Source of the DNA: an uncultured Candidatus Binatia bacterium
GTDB lineage: Bacteria > Desulfobacterota > Binatia > UBA9968 > JAJDTQ01
Direction of reading: 5' to 3'
Length of the DNA: 64,000 bases
NCBI GenBank assembly: GCA_964291295.2
Contig: OZ219754.1
Location: 3,264,001-3,328,000, forward strand
The notes beneath the pieces were generated by a model. The model had not been told where the DNA came from and made no database searches. It saw only the letters and a list, made by a program, of their open reading frames with translations. Position 1 is the first letter of the stretch; the number at the start of each line of letters is the position of its first letter. This document shows, piece by piece, positions 60,743-64,000 of the stretch. Both the position numbers and the translations under genes were made by a program.

Positions 60743-63700
60743 ATGACGATGAATATCTTCCGGACAGGCGGCGACGGCGACGATACCCTGACCGGGGGCG
60801 CCGGCAACGACACGCTGGATGGCGGCATCGGTAACGACACCCTGACGAGCGGCGCCGGAGATGACACCCTGTACGGCGACGACGGCGACGACACGCTCAA
60901 CGGGGGTCAGGGCAGAGACACACTGTTCGGCGGCCGCGGCGACGATACCCTGACCGGCGGCGCCGGAGATAAAGATACCCTGACCGGTGGCACCGGGGCC
61001 GATACCTTTGTGTTCCAGGCGGGAGACGGCATCGACACCATCAACGATTTCGAGCCGGGCGACAAGATTCGGATCAAGGGATTCGCCGGCGGCTTCGAGG
61101 CGCTCGACATCAAGCAAGAAGGCATCTTGACCATCGTCCGCTATGGCGATGGCGATGCCATCCGAATGTGGAATGTGCGGGCCGAATCCCTTGGCGCGGA
61201 CGATTTCGAACTCCCCGACTCCCCCGATGATGCTGCCCCGTCCGGCACGGACGATTCCGAGAGTCCCCCGGCATCCATCGAGCGCACCGGCGGTGCCGGC
61301 GACGACAGCCTGGAGGGCGGTGACGGTGACGATACGCTGGACGGCGGCGCCGGCGACGATACGCTGGACGGCGGCAAGGGCAACGACATTCTTTACGGGG
61401 GCGACGGCGGGGACAGGCTGTCGGGGGGCGACGGGTCCGACTGGCTGTATGGCGGCGGTGGTGATGACCCGCTCATAGAGGGCGGGGCGGGCAACGATTG
61501 GCTTTGGGGCGAAGAGGGCGATGACGTGCTGGACGGCGGCGCCGATGACGACACGCTGTATGGCCGTTCGGGCGATGACACGCTGCGGGGCGGCACGGGC
61601 GTGGACACGCTGTATGGCGGTTTGGGGGCGGACACCTTCGCGTTCGCGGTGGGAGACGGCGTCGACACGATCGCCGATTTCGAGGCCGGGGACACGATCG
61701 AGATTGCCGGGGTGTCTGGCGGTTTTTCTGCGCTGGTGATCGAGCAGGAGGGCGCCAATGCGGTCATCCGCTACGGCGAGGGCGACGCTATCACGGTGGA
61801 GGGGGTGACGGCGTCCTCGCTGGGCGCAGGCGACTTCGTGTTTCCCGACGCCAGAGCCCGGGAAAGCACTCAAGTGCACGGTGCAGGCCAGAGTGACAAC
61901 ACCCTGTCCGGTACGGGCGAGACGCCAGACGCGCCAGCCGTCACGGGCGGGAACCCACAGCAGCAGAGTCAGAAGGTCTCGGGAATCGAGTGGCGTGGCG
62001 GCGACGGCGACGATGACAAAACCGGCGGCAAGGGTGGAGATACACTTTCTGGCGAAAGAGGCGCGGACACCCTGTCCGGCGCCGCCGGGGATGACAATCT
62101 GTACGGCGGCAGGGGCCGAGACACACTGCGCGGCGGCGACGGCGACGACACCCTGGAGGGCGGCTGGGGCAGGGACAATCTGTACGGCGGCAGGGGCCAA
62201 GACACACTCGACGGCGGCAGGGGCACAGACACCCTGGAGGGCGGCTGGGGCACAGACACCCTGCGCGGCGGCAGCAGCGCCGACATCCTGTATGGCGGCA
62301 GGGGTGCAGATACACTGTATGGCGGCGCGGGCAAGGATACCTTCATTTTCGATGTCGGAGACGGCCACGACACCATCCATGATTTCCGTAGAGGCGAACG
62401 GATTGTGGTGCAGGATTCGGGCCATGGTTGGAAGGCCTCGATATCGCAGGACGGCGACGACACCGTCATAGGCTACGGCAATGGCGACAGCATCCGGCTG
62501 TTGAATGTGCAGGCGGACTCCCTGACCGCCGATGATCATACGCTCCCGGGGGGACACAGGACGGCGGTCGGTTGGCGATGGAAGCCGGCATCCGAGTCGG
62601 CTGGCGAGAGCGTCGGCGACAAGACCCCGGGCGGGACAAACGCCGGCGACAATAATGGCAACAGCCCGAATACGCCGGGAAACCCGGGGAAACCCCTACC
62701 CGGCACAACCCCTCCACAAACAGGGAACAACGGCCCCCATGACGACGACTGGGACGGCAGCGGAGAGTACGGTGTCATCGTGCGCGGCACGGATGGCGAT
62801 GACACTCTGGATGCCATCTTCCAAACCTCTTCGATCGTGCTCGGCGGCGCCGGCAACGATACGCTGGAGGGCGGGAGCAGCAGCAACAGCGACATCCTGC
62901 ACGGCGGCGCCGGCGACGACAAGCTGGAGAGCGGCCACGGCTCCGCCATCATGTATGGCGGTTCGGGCAATGACACCCTGAAGGGCGGCTGGGGCAATGA
63001 CACCTTGTACGGCGGCGCCGGCGACGACAAGCTGGAGAGCGGCCGGGGGGATAACAGCTTGTACGGCGACGGCGGCGATGACACCCTGGTAGGCAGCTAT
63101 GGTGATGACACCCTGGACGGGGGGGATGGCGATGACACCCTGACGGGCGGTGCGGGCGCCGATACCCTGACGGGCGGTGCGGGCGCCGACACCTTCGGTT
63201 TCTTCATAACCGATGGATTCGGTGCCCGGATGCTGGAAGCAAGGGGCATAGGCTCGGGTGGCGTGGACGATGTCATTACCGATTTCAGCGCAGGCGACAC
63301 CATTTTCTTCAGCGGGGTCTACAGCCTGGAAGATTTGACCATCGCACAGGATGGCGACGATGCCGTCATCCGTTACGGCGATGGCCATGAAAACATCTTC
63401 ACCATCACCTTGCTGGGCGTGTCGGCGGACTCCCTCGGCGCAGAGAATTTCAGATTCGCGTCCCCGCCACCGAGCCGGAACGGTGTCCTGGGCGTCGTTC
63501 ATGGCCAGCACGGCAATCTGTGGGAACATCTCAGGTATGGCACGGAGGCCCCTGATGTCGTGTACAGCCGCGAGGGGGATGATGTGCTGGGGGGCGGCTA
63601 CGGTGGTGACTTTCTCGAGGGTGGGACTGGCGACGACACCATCACAGGGGGCGTGGGCGGCGGCTTTGACACCTTCCTGTTCAAGCCCGGCGACGGCAAC

Positions 63701-64000
63701 GACATCATCACCGACTTCGAAGATGACGAAATCATCCATTTCATCGGTTTCCAGGATTTGGAGGCGGGCCGGGTCCGCATGCAGCAGGATGGCCCCGATA
63801 CCGTAATCCGCTACGGCAACGACGATACCATCACGCTGCGAGGCGTATCGGCGGAGTCCCTGAGTGACGACAATTTCAGGTTTCTTGCTTCCGACAGCGA
63901 GCTGATGCTGACGGGCGGTGACCTCGGGGACTTCCTGTTCGGCCGCGACGGCGGTGACATGCTGTATGGCGGCAAGGGCGATGACAAGCTCGCTGGCAGC
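60743..64000 (+). CDS. Large modular RTX (hemolysin-type Ca-binding) protein, 3'-truncated by window edge
   Basis: Dozens of GGxGxDxLx repeats; first and last codons checked are in the same frame and no stop is seen; AAGGA RBS; no Sec signal peptide. Confidence 0.9.
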   Translation, partial: MTMNIFRTGGDGDDTLTGGAGNDTLDGGIGNDTLTSGAGDDTLYGDDGDDTLNGGQGRDTLFGGRGDDTLTGGAGDKDTLTGGTGADTFVFQAGDGIDTINDFEPGDKIRIKGFAGGFEALDIKQEGILTIVRYGDGDAIRMWNVRAESLGADDFELPDSPDDAAPSGTDDSESPPASIERTGGAGDDSLEGGDGDDTLDGGAGDDTLDGGKGNDILYGGDGGDRLSGGDGSDWLYGGGGDDPLIEGGAGNDWLWGEEGDDVLDGGADDDTLYGRSGDDTLRGGTGVDTLYGGLGADTFAFAVGDGVDTIADFEAGDTIEIAGVSGGFSALVIEQEGANAVIRYGEGDAITVEGVTASSLGAGDFVFPDARARESTQVHGAGQSDNTLSGTGETPDAPAVTGGNPQQQSQKVSGIEWRGGDGDDDKTGGKGGDTLSGERGADTLSGAAGDDNLYGGRGRDTLRGGDGDDTLEGGWGRDNLYGGRGQDTLDGGRGTDTLEGGWGTDTLRGGSSADILYGGRGADTLYGGAGKDTFIFDVGDGHDTIHDFRRGERIVVQDSGHGWKASISQDGDDTVIGYGNGDSIRLLNVQADSLTADDHTLPGGHRTAVGWRWKPASESAGESVGDKTPGGTNAGDNNGNSPNTPGNPGKPLPGTTPPQTGNNGPHDDDWDGSGEYGVIVRGTDGDDTLDAIFQTSSIVLGGAGNDTLEGGSSSNSDILHGGAGDDKLESGHGSAIMYGGSGNDTLKGGWGNDTLYGGAGDDKLESGRGDNSLYGDGGDDTLVGSYGDDTLDGGDGDDTLTGGAGADTLTGGAGADTFGFFITDGFGARMLEARGIGSGGVDDVITDFSAGDTIFFSGVYSLEDLTIAQDGDDAVIRYGDGHENIFTITLLGVSADSLGAENFRFASPPPSRNGVLGVVHGQHGNLWEHLRYGTEAPDVVYSREGDDVLGGGYGGDFLEGGTGDDTITGGVGGGFDTFLFKPGDGNDIITDFEDDEIIHFIGFQDLEAGRVRMQQDGPDTVIRYGNDDTITLRGVSAESLSDDNFRFLASDSELMLTGGDLGDFLFGRDGGDMLYGGKGDDKLAGS

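Overview
GC-rich bacterial chromosomal window. By gene content it resembles a Binatia/'Deltaproteobacteria'-type genome, possibly host-associated (inference only). Housekeeping genes (serA, purA, a UvrD-type helicase, thrH, ogt, recQ) are interleaved with a large aromatic/hydroxycinnamate catabolic cluster at 11.8-23.9 kb. That cluster contains an alpha/beta hydrolase, an MDR reductase, LigB/LigA, an NDP-forming acyl-CoA ligase, TctABC, two near-identical hydroxycinnamoyl-CoA hydratase-lyases and a dienelactone hydrolase. Also present are an arsS-glycosyltransferase pair, tandem carboxyltransferase paralogs and a modular RTX protein that runs off the end of the window. The most unusual region is a co-oriented Type I R-M operon at 46.9-57.1 kb packed with cargo, in transcription order: HsdM fused to a catalytically degenerate PIN domain, a small partner gene, a relict duplicate of the hsdM 3' end, a Mad3/Mad4-like ABC ATPase + Toprim pair, hicB plus a frameshifted hicA, a half-size HsdS, a darT remnant, a DarG macrodomain fused to DUF433, a DUF5615 PIN gene, and hsdR. 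Other notable signals are a poly-G tract in the -35/-10 spacer of the RTX promoter, a parA gene frameshifted in a G-run in its Walker A motif, and active-site-specific divergence between the duplicated hydratase-lyases. All family assignments come from motif recognition, not database searches.
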